Shown in pieces: positions 12,028-24,243 of a stretch of 64,000 nucleotides of DNA. The notes under the pieces were generated by a model. That model saw nothing but the letters and a program-made list of their open reading frames with translations. It did not search any database and had not been told where the DNA came from. The position numbers and the translations under genes were made by a program. Location of the stretch: contig NC_043018.1 in assembly GCF_006345805.1 (NCBI RefSeq), forward strand, positions 8,928,001 to 8,992,000, in the 5' to 3' direction. The DNA comes from Octopus sinensis. Its lineage: Eukaryota. Positions within the stretch are counted from its first letter, which is position 1. Every line of letters starts with the position of its first letter.

Positions 12028-12502
12028 AGTGTGGATGCATTGCCTAGTGGTTAGGGTGTTGCACTGGAGATCGCGAGATAATGGTTTCAGTTCCTAGACT
12101 GGGTGGTGTATTGTATTCTTGAGCAGAACACTTCACCTCGCATAGCTCTGCGGTCACTTTGACACCTAATGCATGAATCACTGTGCACCTGCTGGGGCAG
12201 TGTTGATTTAATGGAGGGAATGACCTAATGTATGATACGAACATTTGATCACAATAAACAAATCATTTGTGCAGATCATTCAGCAAAAGGCTGAACGCTC
12301 ATTCGTCGTTTTTATTATTATCATAATATCAGAGCTCTCTTACAATGGCTGATATGGAGGGAGGAGTGAGAGAAAGAAGGGGAGAGTGGTGGGATTGGTA
12401 GCAGAGTATGGAACAGCCAGAGGAGTTAAAAGAGAAAGTGAAAGTAGACTGGAGATAAGTATACAAAATGCCTACAAAGCGTATAAATCAATCACAAATG
12501 CA

Positions 12503-12543
<41 letters not shown>

Positions 12544-12825
12544 GCATTCAGTTACAAACACAATCACACAGCCACACACGTCAGATACAATTTAACCCAT
12601 TCATACACGTGCAACCTCGTACCGCCCCACACACTCATATGCACTTACATTCCCCATTGTTCACAACGGACAAAGGCTTAACATACCACACCCCTACTCT
12701 TGCGCACCTAATAATAGAGGTCAGTAGCCCCTTGATAGTAAGTCAGAGAGAAAGTTGAGTAAGTACCACTGAGGTTCACTTGGTTACAGCTGTGGTCGTG
12801 TGGTAAAAAGTTTGCTTCTTTTGTG

Positions 12826-12970
12826 CATCTTCTATTTGCCATATTCGGAACGCCTTACTTCCCTGGGCATGGACACATTGAAACTCCGACGTCTGGCAGC
12901 TGACTTGGCAGACATCCATAAAATTATCAACCATCTTACAAACAATAACTCTGAGCACATTTTCAAACTC
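12826..12970 (+). mobile_element. Short CR1 LINE fragment
   Basis: LPYSERLTSLGMDTLKLRRLAADLADIHKIINHLTNNNSEHIFKL, nearly the same as 13130-13275. Confidence 0.85.
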
Positions 12971-13112
12971 CAGACCATTCCTGGTTCTTTGATACAAACT
13001 TCCTGTTTCAAAGTGATCCAAATTTAAGCCTCCCATCAAAATTTCATGTCAGTTTATGTTCCAAACATCAGATTAAAAATGACAAAGTTATTTTTACCAA
13101 TTCTTCATTATT

Positions 13113-13640
13113 TTGAAACTTAAGAGAATACCCTCCATCAGGCATTTGCCATATTCTGAATGCCTTACTTCCCTGGGCATGGACACGCTGAAACTCCGAC
13201 GTCTGGCAGCTGACTTGGCAGACACCCATAAAATTATCAACCATCTTACAAACAATAACTCTGAGCACCTTTTCAAACTCCACCTGTCTAACACCCGTGG
13301 ACATGTTTACAAAGTCAGAAAGCAGCACAGCTCCCACGACTTTAGAAAACATTTTTTCACACTGAGAGTTGCTGAAGCATGGAACAAACTGCCGGCATCA
13401 GTTGTTAGTTGTTGGAGCACTGCATCCTTCAAAACTTCCATGCTTCCTGAGATTCGCCAACACTACACCTGATTTCCTCCCCTCCATACACATGCAAGCA
13501 TGTATCTGACTCATACACTGTTCACTTCCCAGACATTTGTACATTACTGCATATACTTTATACGCACTTTCTGACAAGTTGTGGTGCACCTGTGAACTGT
13601 ATACAATAATTGCATTGTTAGTATTATTATTATTATTATT
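13113..13640 (+). mobile_element. CR1-clade LINE 3' end with 3'UTR and (ATT)n tail
   Basis: RIPSIRHLPYSECL...HDFRKHFFTLRVAEAWNKLP...EIRQHYT*, then UTR GTGGTGCACCTG..CTGTATACAATAAT. Confidence 0.9.
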
Positions 13641-13706
13641 TTAAAGTCTTAGACCAATCAAAGCCTTGTAAGTGGATTTGTTAAACAGAAACTGTAAGAA
13701 GCCTGT

Positions 13707-13741
<35 letters not shown>

Positions 13742-13969
13742 GTGTGTGTGTATAATGTACATGTGAATAATACACAGGTATGGCTGTGTGGTAAGACACT
13801 TGCCGAAGGTACCATACAGTGGTCTGATTTGAATTTTTTCTTCTTTGGAATGAAGAGCAAGCCTTCTTCTAAACATACTCTCAATTTTGGTCAACTTGCG
13901 CTGCAGGGTCTCGGAGGAGATAGTGTTAGTTAAAGGCTATCAAATCTGCCACACACAGACAACTTCAGC

Positions 13970-14892
13970 TCTTGTTTGTGGCATACATTAACGACATAGA
14001 TGCCAATTTAAAGAATGCCACAGTATTGAAATATGCAGACGACATCAAGCTGTACCTTGAAATCAAGAGGACAGATCCTGATGTCTACAACTCTTTCCTG
14101 CAATCAGACCTAGACACAATGCAGCAATGGATCACAGACTGGCAACTGAAACTGGCTGTGGACAAGTGTACCACCATGCATTTTGGGAGAAAAAACCCTG
14201 CGTTCACATACTCCCTCCACAACACTGATATCAAGAATCCTCTTGCGAGCGTGACCTAGGCATCACTGTCAGCAGTGATCTGCGTTGGTCAAAGCATATC
14301 TCTAAGATTGTCAGGAAGGCCGAGGGTGTCTTGGCATCACTCAGCAGGTCTTTTGTTAGCCGCTCTCCAGCCATCTATTTAAAACTGTATACAGCTATGG
14401 TACGACCACACTTGGAATTCGCATCATCAGTTTGGAACCCCTATCTTGCACAGAACATTGACCTCCTGGAATCTGTCCAGAGACGTGCAACCAAACGCAT
14501 ACCCTCCATCAGACACCTACCATATTCTGAGCGCCTTGTTTCCCTGGGCATGGATTCACTGAAGCTCCGGCGTTTGGCGACGGACTTGGTAAACACCCAC
14601 AAAGTTATCAACCACCTCACCAACAACAACACTGAACACCTTTTTGACCTCCATGTGTCTAACACACGTGGACATGCCTACAAAGTCAGAAAACAATACA
14701 GCTCCCATGACTTTCGGAAACATTTTTTCACGCTCAGAGTTGCTGAAGCATGGAATAAACTGCCTGCGTCAGTTGTTGACTGCCATGACACTGCATCTTT
14801 TAAGGCCCTCATGCTTTCCGAAATCCGCCGAAACTTCACCTGATTATATATACACTTTAGATGAGTTGTAGTGCACCTGAGCACTGTACACA

Positions 14893-14920
<28 letters not shown>
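13970..14920 (+). mobile_element. CR1-clade LINE, 5'-truncated, RT domain to tail, frameshifted
   Basis: LFVAYINDI...LKYADDIKLY (RT catalytic YADD), LQSDLD..W...WQL.L...KC..MHFG, then VRPHLEFASSVWNP...LESVQRRATK; (ATT)n tail at ~14893-14920. Confidence 0.93.
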
Positions 14921-14926
<6 letters not shown>

Positions 14927-15548
14927 GAGAGATATAAAACCACTTCTATTTCCTTCCCCTTCTCCCCACCAAACTGATATCCACCCTTGACCACCTCTCC
15001 ACCTTGGTCCATTATTCATTACATTCACCTCCACCCCCAGTAACCAGCTGTCACTCTCCTTTAACATTCTCTCAAACCATTCACCCTTCACCTTCCTCTG
15101 TCCCTATTCTTTCTTAGACTCACCTTTATTGTACCTTCAGAGTACACTCTGAAACCTCGTCACCACTGCCACCACCATTGCCTTTCCAGCTGCTCCCATC
15201 CACCCTTATATAATGTGGGGTAACCATATATCGCCTCTACAGTGAGACACCTGTTCCTGTCCCTCTGTTATACTTCAACTTGGCATAAATCCACCTCCCC
15301 CTCAGTACTATGCTTCTCTTGGGTGAGGGTCCTTGTCTTGGGAGTTGCTTGGGGACATCACTGGTATCATTGTTATAGAAAAAAAGCACCTGGTACCCAG
15401 TCTTCCAGCTTGTCGGATCCTGTCAAATCATCCAACCCATGCCAGCATGGAAAAAGAGACGTTAAATGATGATGATATACTGATAGACACTTGCTTATTC
15501 ATGCAGATGTACACACACACACACACACACACAGGGATGCATTCACAC

Positions 15549-15768
15549 AGGCAGAAACATTAGCACACCGGACGAAATGCTTAGTCGTATTTCGTCTGCC
15601 ATTACATTCTGAGTCCAAATTCCGCCGAGGTCGACTTTGCCTTTCATCCTTTCGAGGTCGATAAATTAAGTACCAGTTACGCACTGGGGTCGATGTAATC
15701 GACTTAATTCGTTTGTTTGTCCTTGTTTGTCCCCTCTATATTTAGCCCCTTGTGGGTAGTAAAGAAAC
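15549..15768 (+). mobile_element. SINE family A
   Basis: GGCAGAAACATTAGCAC...CCGCCGAGGTCGACTTTGCC...GTGGGTAGTAAAGAAA. Confidence 0.85.
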
Positions 15769-15981
15769 ATATCTTCTGGGTATCTGTGTAGTACACACAA
15801 TGCTCTCAGTACTCTGAAGAAAGGCTGAAAGAATCTAACCTGACGTACATGCAAAGCGATATGCACAAGATACATTAAAAAGAACAAATGTCTTTTTACT
15901 AATATCCTTTAAAGACTTTTGCAGGACCTTCAAGACCAGTGGGAGGAAGAGGGGAAGGTGCTAAGTAACTTATTTGTTTAA

Positions 15982-16405
15982 CCCTTTTGCATTCGGGTTT
16001 CTCTGTTAAATGTAATGCTTATTTATTCATATTGATATGAATTAGTCATGCATTATCTCATAGCTTCAAGTTTCCAATGATATGATTGTTTGTTTTTACA
16101 ATAACATTATAAGGTGAGATGTTGGGTCTGGCCAGTTTGAAGATAAAACATACAGATTGTTTTGGCCAGATATGACCCTTTTAACCCTTTAGTGTTCAGA
16201 TTACTCTGTTAAATGTAATACTTTTTCACTCAAATTGTTTTGGATTAATCCTGGATTATCTTACAGCTTTGGGGTTTCAATGATGTGATTGTTTATTTTT
16301 AGAATGGCATTGTAGGTTAGGTGTGAGAAGCTAGATATCACCAGTTTGAATGTAAAACATGTAGAATATATTGGGCCAGATTTGGCCAGTTTAAACACTA
16401 AAGGG
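15982..16405. mobile_element. Two adjacent piggyBac-type MITEs (family 2): truncated copy 15982-16180 and complete copy 16185-16405
   Basis: TTAA|CCCTTTAGTGTT ... AACACTAAAGGG|TTAA termini; the two copies are similar internally. Confidence 0.75.
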
Positions 16406-17010
16406 TTAAATCCTTAAGTGTTAATTCCTGTAATTACCTTAACTGGATGTCAGTGCTGATGAGTGAGGCCTGTCCAATTAGTAGTGCAACCTTGAAGGGC
16501 CTTTGTAAGGGTACTACTTCCACTAGAACCTGCTGACAAATTGTGGTGGATCTACACAAGGAATGGTGCCCATAGCATGTCAAGTTATTGAGTTAGCTTC
16601 AGAATAAAAACTTGGTTTAAATGATTCTGATGGGACAAATTCTGCCAAGAGCAACCGAGTGTCAGGTGCTATCATTAAAACAGGTGATGGATTAGGTTTA
16701 CGCTTCTTTGTTTAAAAAAATACCTACATGCAATGCTTGTACCTGCAAACAGTCCCCAGTAAATTCATTACAGGTAATAACACCACACTAGGTACACCAC
16801 CTGCAATTCTATTACAAAGTGATTTTGTGGTAAACCAACTGCATGACACCAGTACCTTCCGCCACTGCAATTTTACTTGGATTGATGGGTCTTCTTGTCA
16901 AGCATGACATAATTCCAAAGGTCTCAGTCATTCATCATTGCCTTTGTAAGGTCCCACACTCAAAAGGTAATTTTCACATGCCACTGGTGTTGGCTATTTT
17001 GCTTCCATGA

Positions 17011-17445
17011 GGTGCTTTTTATGTACCACCAGCAAGGGTACCAGTTACGTGACACCAGTATCGGCCATGACTATAATTTCACTTAGCTTGGTGGGTCTTC
17101 TCAAGCACAGCGTATTGCCAAAGGTCTTGGTCACCAGTCATTGCCTCTGTGAGGCCCAAAGTTCGAAGTTCCCAGGGGTTGCCTGTCTTAAATTCCTCTG
17201 TTATTGCCTGGAGGACTATGATGAACAAGAGGGGGCTGAGGACCGATCCTTGGTGAACCCCTACTTGCATCCTGAGTGAACCCACCCATTACACTTTTGG
17301 AGTGGTTAGCATTAGGAAGGGCATCCAACCGTAGAAGCCATGCCAAATGAGACTGGAGTCTGGTGCAACCTTCCAGCTTGCCAGCCCTGGTCAAACTGTC
17401 CAACCCATGCCAGCATGGACAACGGACTTTAAATGATGATGATGA
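17011..17445. mobile_element. RTE LINE insertion with inverted 5' part (17011-~17283, minus) joined to a sense 3' tail (~17284-17445, plus)
   Basis: Minus strand encodes QVGVHQGSVLSPLLFIIVLQAITEEFKTGNPWE fused to LRTLGLTEAMTGDQDLWQYAVLEKT* plus the start of the UTR; plus strand continues the UTR to (GAT)n. Confidence 0.8.
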
Positions 17446-17624
17446 TAATGTTTATACTGGATCATACAGGTTTATACTGGTTTATACAGGTGCAGGCAGG
17501 GCTACGTGGTTTAGAAGTTTGCTTTCCAACCACACAGTTTTGAGCTCATGGTACTTTAGGCAAGAGTCTTCAATTACATCCCTGGCCTAAGCAATTCCTT
17601 CTGATTGGGTTTCATAGACAGTGC

Positions 17625-17932
17625 TGGTGACACGTAAAAGCACCATTCGAGCGTAGTAGTTACTAGCGTCACCTGACTGGCGTCCATGTCGATGACACGT
17701 AAAAGCACCAACCGATCATAGCCGTTTGCCACCCTGCGCTGGCTCCTGTGTCGGTGGCACATAAAAAACACCCACTACACTCATGGAGTGGTTGGCGTTA
17801 GGAAGGGCATCCAGCCGTAGAAACTCTGCCAAATCAGACTGGAGCCTGGTGCAGCCTCCATGGCTTACCAGACCCCGGTCGAACCATCCAACCCACGCTA
17901 GCATGGAAAACAGACGTTTGATGATGATGATG
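17625..17932 (+). mobile_element. Family B (RTE 3'UTR) repeat
   Basis: CACGTAAAAGCACC units, GGAGTGGTTGGCGTTAGGAAGGGCATCC, (GAT)n tail. Confidence 0.88.
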
Positions 17933-18533
17933 ATTTTGTGTGTGTATGTGTGTGTGTGTGTGTGTGCTCCCTCTCGTCTTGACATAGGATGGTAAATTTT
18001 AAACAAGTGTCACTGTTGTATAAGCAGTTTCCAATTTTCTTCAGGAGCATGTCTGGTCATGGGGGGAGGGGAAATATTACAATGCTTGGATGCAGGTGTG
18101 AGTTGGCAACAGGAAGGGCATCCAGCTGTAGAAAATCTAGCTCAATGAAATTCCATCTGGCCCATGCAAGCATGGAGAAGTGGGTGTTAAAATGACGATG
18201 GTGATGGCTACAAGACTAAATAAACACTTGCACTTCCCATGACCTCACAGTAGAGACAATACTTTCAATTACAACTCCTATAAGAAAACATTTCAGTTTG
18301 ATGACAAAGTAACTTCTCTTTGTTCACACTACTTACTACAAAAATATAACAATGTGGCCTTAATTTTAATTATGTTTTAATTTGATCTCATGAGAAAATA
18401 ATGGCGAATAATAAAACGTTAATGGATCAGTTTATTTAGTGACAGGAAATGAGTGACAAGTATTTCTAGGAAGACTCATCTTTTTTTGGTTTGCATGACA
18501 CAAACCATAGTGACAATTCTAAAGGAAGGTGGG

Positions 18534-18536
<3 letters not shown>

Positions 18537-18596
<60 letters not shown>
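18537..18596. repeat. (GT)n microsatellite
   Basis: About 30 uninterrupted GT units. Confidence 0.95.
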
Positions 18597-18599
<3 letters not shown>

Positions 18600-18639
18600 G
18601 TATGTTAAGATAATGTTATCATTGGTATGTATAACCCAT

Positions 18640-18862
18640 AAGGCGGTGAGCTGGCAGAAACGTTAGCACACCGGGTGAAATGCCTAGCGGTATTTCGTCT
18701 GCTGTTACGTTCTCAGTTCAAATTCCGCTGAGGTTGACTTTGCCTTTCATCCTTTCGGGGTCGATAAATTAAGTACCAGTTACGCACTGGGGTCGACTTA
18801 ATCCGTTTGTCTGTCCTTCTTTGTCCACTCTATGTTTAGCCCCTTGTGGGTAATAAAGAAAC
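18640..18862 (+). mobile_element. SINE family A with 15-bp TSD
   Basis: TSD GGTATGTATAACCCA at 18624-18638 and 18864-18878. Confidence 0.92.
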
Positions 18863-19394
18863 GGGTATGTATAACCCAAGGAACCTCTTCCGTTCCAGCC
18901 TTTCTCTCTCATACTTCACCTCCTCTCAGTTCCTTTTTCTCCCCACATAAGGTTTCCTCTCACCCTCTCTGTTCAGGGTTTGTAGTCTTGGAAAATTCAT
19001 GGTGATCTCACTGGCGCTGGTGTCACAATAAAGTGTGCCCAGTGCAATCTGTAAACTGGCCAGTGTAGGGAGGGCAATCCAGCCACAGAAACCCCTTCCG
19101 AAGAAGACCCTTGAGCATGATGCAGCCTTTGGTCTCACTGGATCCTATGAAACCATCCAACCCATGCCACCATGGAGCACAGACATTAAATAATGGTGAT
19201 GATGATAATGTTTTTTTTTGTGAAATTACATATCCAAACAATTTAACATTTAATTAAAAGATTACTCAACACATTTTAGTAGAAAACCAGTTTGTATCAG
19301 TCAAACTTTTTCCTTTTGCATAAAAGGAAAACAAAACTTGACAGTAACTTCAAAGTTTTAGCTTTGTAACACTGCACATTACAATTCAAGACAA

Positions 19395-19771
19395 AAGGAC
19401 AATAATATAAGGTATTGAGTCCTACCTGCAAAAAGACAATAAATATAAGGTATTGAGTCCTACCTGCAAAGAGACAATAAATATAAAGTATTGAGTCCTA
19501 CCTGCAAAGAGACAATAAATATAAGGTATTGAGTCCTACCTGCAAAGGGACAATAAATATAAGGTATTGAGTCCTACCTGCAAAGGGACAATAAATATAA
19601 GGTATTGAGTCCTACCTGCAAAGGGACAATAAATATAAGGTATTGAGTCCTACCTGCAAAGGGACAATAAATATAAGGTATTGAGTCCTACCTGCAAAGG
19701 GACAATAAATATAAGGTATTGAGTCCTACCTGCAAAGGAACAATAAATATAAGGTATTGAGTCCTACCTGC
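19395..19771. repeat. 38-bp minisatellite, 10 copies
   Basis: Unit AAAGGGACAATAAATATAAGGTATTGAGTCCTACCTGC; 10 occurrences of GAGTCCTACCTGC; no spacers. Confidence 0.97.
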
Positions 19772-19860
19772 CCACCCACCCCGTCATTAAATATTCGGTG
19801 GTTATTCTTAAACTAATTAAGTGTGAATAGGGGCCTGTCATATATATATATATATTTATA

Positions 19861-20210
19861 TCATCATCATCGTTTAACGTCCGCTTTCCATGCTAGCATG
19901 GGTTGGACGGTTCAACTGGGGTCTGGGAAGCCAGAAGGCTGCACCAGGCCCAGTCTGATCTGGCAGTGTTTCTACAGCTGGATGCCCTTCCTAACGCCAA
20001 CCACTCCGTGAGTGTAGCGGGTGCTTTTTACGTGCCACCAGCATGGAGACCAGACGAAGCTGGCAACGGCCATGGTTGGATGGTGCTTTTTACGTGCCAC
20101 CGGTACGGAAGCCAGTCAGGGCGGTGCTGGCTATGGCCACGTTCAGATGGTTCTCTTACGTGCCACCAGCACTGGTATCACAGCTACAAATTCCATTGAT
20201 GTTGATAGAT
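19861..20210 (-). mobile_element. Family B (RTE 3'UTR) repeat next to (TA)n
   Basis: (CAT)n-CGTTTAACGTCCGCTTTCCATGCTAGCATGGG; about 3 internal units. Confidence 0.9.
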
Positions 20211-20778
20211 TACGATTTTGATGAATCTTCAGATTTTAACATGCTAGACCACTGGTTTTAAATTGATATTAATCAAATTAATATTCAATTTTTCACCTTT
20301 ATTTTAAATATATTTATATGTATATAGGTGCAGGCATGGCTGTAGTAAAAAGTTTGCTTCCCAACCACATGGTTCCAGGTTCAGTCCCACATCGTACATG
20401 TACATCACACATGTACACCCCTAAAAAATTTCAGTAAAATTGCTATTACTGTGATAATATCAAAGGAAATCAAATGAAATTTATACTGAATATAATATAT
20501 TATACATGCAAACATTATACAAATTTGGAACACAAAACAATGACCATTTTCAAAGATACGAATGGAATATTAATTTTCAAACTTTACAAAAATATGTACA
20601 CCCTAAAGGAAATTTGCTATATTCAATATTCCATCCACTTTTTTACTAAATTCAGATATTGCTGATAATTTCAATTCTAATAAATTATTTCTCCTGGCAT
20701 TTTTGCATCGGTTATTATTATTGCATTTGCAGGAATTCTGATTAGTGTACCATTGTGAAAATCTTCATTGTGATTAAA

Positions 20779-21120
20779 ATGGCACCAAAAGGGAAAGAAT
20801 TGTCTGAAGATTTGAAGAAAATTATTTTCAATTTGCACAAGAATGGTTTCAGATGCAAATTAATTAGCTAACGAATGCACATTAGCATAAACACAGTTGA
20901 CAAAGTAAATCAGAAGAACAAAGCTACTGGACGGCCAAGCAATAAACATCGTCCAAGTCATCCTTCTAGTTTGACTGTGCAGGATATTCGCCATATCCAA
21001 CATTGTGTGATGGATGACGAGGGTTGTACCTCTTCATCTTTGGCCCAAGAAGTATCTTCTGTTTGTGGAAAGAATGTATCCACTCAAACAGTTCACCAAT
21101 TGCTGATGACGAGAAAATTC
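20779..21120 (+). mobile_element. Tc1-like transposase N-terminal relic
   Basis: MAPKGKELSEDLKKIIFNLHKNG...IS*RMHISINTVDKV...TGRPSNKHRPSHP.SLT..DIR.I (paired-like HTH + GRP-like linker) with an in-frame stop. Confidence 0.75.
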
Positions 21121-21409
21121 TAAATGAATCAACTCAGAAATTGGGACCGATCTGATAATAACGAAATTTTTTTAGAAATTTCTATCGGCTTGCTTTCGAG
21201 ATTTGTGCTTATAGTGATAAATTATATGGTTTTGGACGATTAAGTCTATTTTGGCATATTTGGCATTGAAATTTTCTTTCTTTTGCCCTTGTTTATAAGT
21301 TGTTTATAAATTTAGCCTTTAAAGGTATTTTTTTAATATGCTGGCCATTGATAGAATTTTTTCGAAAATTTTATCCTATATTAGATGATATATATATATA
21401 TATATATCA

Positions 21410-21790
21410 CATCATCATTTAGCGTCCATTTGTCCATGCTGGCATGGGTTCAACGGTTTAACCAGGACTGGTAAGCTGTTGGGCTGCACCAGGGTCCAGT
21501 CTGATTTGGCATGGTTTCTACGGCTGGATGCCCTTCCTAACACCAACCACTCTGAGAGTATAACAAGTGCTTTTACATTCCACCGGCACGGGTGCCATAT
21601 GCGTGACACCAGCATGCTTTTACATGCTAATTTGCATGACATCAGTATCTGCCATGACTGCGTTTTTGCTTGGTTCGTTGGGTCTTCTTCTCAAGCACAT
21701 CATAATGCCAAAGGTCTTGGTCATTGCCACCGTGGGCCCAACACTCGAAAGGAACTCAGCCACTTTGCCTCCGTGAGGCCTAATGCCCAA
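21410..21790 (-). mobile_element. Degenerate RTE ORF C-terminus plus family B 3'UTR
   Basis: Reverse complement resembles the LR.LG.T..MT.....W..A.LEK end of the 24244-24741 ORF, followed by UTR and (GAT)n tail. Confidence 0.7.
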
Positions 21791-21864
21791 CGTTTGTATA
21801 CTATTAGGTATTTTAATCTAAATATATCTTAGACCATTAACTTTTTTAATACCAGGAACATCAT

Positions 21865-22095
21865 CTCATCATTTTCGTTCAGCATCTGTTTTCCATGCTA
21901 GCATGGGTTGGACGGTTCAACTGGGGTCTGGGAAGCCAGAAGGCTGCTCCAGGCTCCAGTCTGATCTGGCAATGTTTCTACGGCTGGATGCCCTTCCTAA
22001 CACCAACCACTCCGTGAGTGTAGTGGGTGCTTTTTACGTGCCACCAGCACAGGTGCCAGACGAGGCTGGCAAACAGCCATGATCGGATGGTGCTT
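21865..22095 (-). mobile_element. Family B repeat
   Basis: CATGCTAGCATGGGTTGGACGGTTCAACTGGGGTCTGGG body. Confidence 0.85.
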
Positions 22096-22344
22096 TATAC
22101 GTAATATTTAAAAAAATATTTTTTAAAAAAACCCATGGCGAAATAAGAAATATCCCTTTCGTTGTTTATTAAAAAAATACATGCTATTATAATAACAATC
22201 CGCTATTTATTTGTTGGTAAATAGCAAAATAATATATTTAGAATACTTTATCTTCTCTAGTCAAATAGCAAATAATAATATTGATTACATTGCATTAATT
22301 ATTCATAATAATCATTACTAAAAATCAAAGATTAATAATAAAAA

Positions 22345-22615
22345 ATTACATGTGTGTGTGTGTATATATATATGTATGTGAATGTATTTATATAGATGTA
22401 TGTATGTGTATATATATGTATACACATATGTATGTGAATGTTTTTATATAAATGTATATATATGTGTATATATATATATGTATATACACACACACGTGTA
22501 TGTGAATGTATTTATATAGATGTATAAACGTGTGTGTATTTATGTATATATATATATATATTATATATATATATATATCATCATCATCGTTTAACGTCCG
22601 TTCTCGATGATGATG

Positions 22616-22649
<34 letters not shown>

Positions 22650-22652
22650 GTA

Positions 22653-22726
<74 letters not shown>

Positions 22727-22844
22727 TGTATGTAAATGTATTTACATAGATGTATATATGTGTGTGTATGTATATATATATATATATATATACACACATG
22801 TATGTGAATGTATTTATATAGATGTATATATGTGTGTGTGTGTA

Positions 22845-22881
<37 letters not shown>

Positions 22882-22990
22882 GTATACATACGTATCCACT
22901 TATGTATGTGAACATATTTTTATATATACATGTATATGTACCTATCTACTCACACACACACACACACACACATTGTATTTGTGAATGCCA
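22345..22990. repeat. Compound (TA)n/(TG)n/(CA)n tract with a recurring TATGTGAATGTATTTATATAGATGTAT motif
   Basis: Low-complexity dinucleotides; the motif recurs about 5 times. Confidence 0.9.
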
Positions 22991-23589
22991 TAATTCCTGT
23001 GAACTCTACTCATTTCTCTCTTATCAAGTGTTGTCCATATTATTATTATGGATTCTTGGTATTCACGTTTCCTGTTTGCCAAATCCTGTTCCATCTCAGA
23101 TCAATAACTACACTTGAAACGACTCTCCCTCTCAACTTCATAAGAATCATTTCCCCAAATGTATTTATGCTAATTACAGTTTCGTGAGCTTTTGTTGTTG
23201 TTGTTGTTATTATTATTATAAATTTATTGTTGTTGTTGTTTGTGCTATTCATATCTCGGATAATTATGGCTTTCTGATCTGTGTTGGTGAATAAGTTGAT
23301 CAAACTGCGTGAGGTACCACTTGGCCGAGTTAATTTCTGTTCTCTTTGTCACTTTTAACAAACCAGGACGTACAAAAACAAATGCCATCTTTTTACTGGT
23401 TTCAATCACTGAATTGTGGCCAGGCTGGGGCATGTCCTTGAGATGTTCTGACGAAGGAATCGACCCCCAGTGTTTATTCATTAAGCCTAGTACTTACTCT
23501 ATTAGTGTCTATTGGTGAACTGCTAAGTTATGGCAATGCAGATAAACAACTACCGTTGTCAAGCAGAGGGGGGGGATAGAGACACACGC

Positions 23590-23934
23590 ACACATACATG
23601 CATATATGTATGTATGTATATATGTATGTGTGTATGTATATATGTATGTATGTGTGTATGTATGTATATATATGTATGTATGTGTGTATGTATGTATGTA
23701 TATAAGTTTGTGTGTGTGTATATATATATATATCTATATATATATACATACATATATATACATATATATATATATATATACATACATATATATATACATA
23801 TTATATATATATATACATACATATATATACATATATATATATTATATATATATATATAATATACATACATATATATACATATATATATATACATACATAT
23901 ATATACATATATAATATATATAATATATACATAC

Positions 23935-23998
<64 letters not shown>

Positions 23999-24243
23999 GT
24001 ATATATACATATACATACATATACATACATACATATATATATATATGTATACATATACACATATATATATATACATATATATACATACATACATACATAT
24101 ATATATATATGTATACATATACACATATATATATATACATATATATATACATATATATACATACATATATATATATATGTATATATATACACACACACAT
24201 ATATATATACAAATACACATGTATATATATATATATATATATA
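23590..24243. repeat. ~650-bp (TA)/(TACA)/(TATG) microsatellite tract
   Basis: Direct reading; source of the spurious YI-rich ORFs. Confidence 0.95.

Noticed and set aside
19395-19771. 38-bp repeats as CRISPR direct repeats
   Set aside because: Units abut directly with no spacers.
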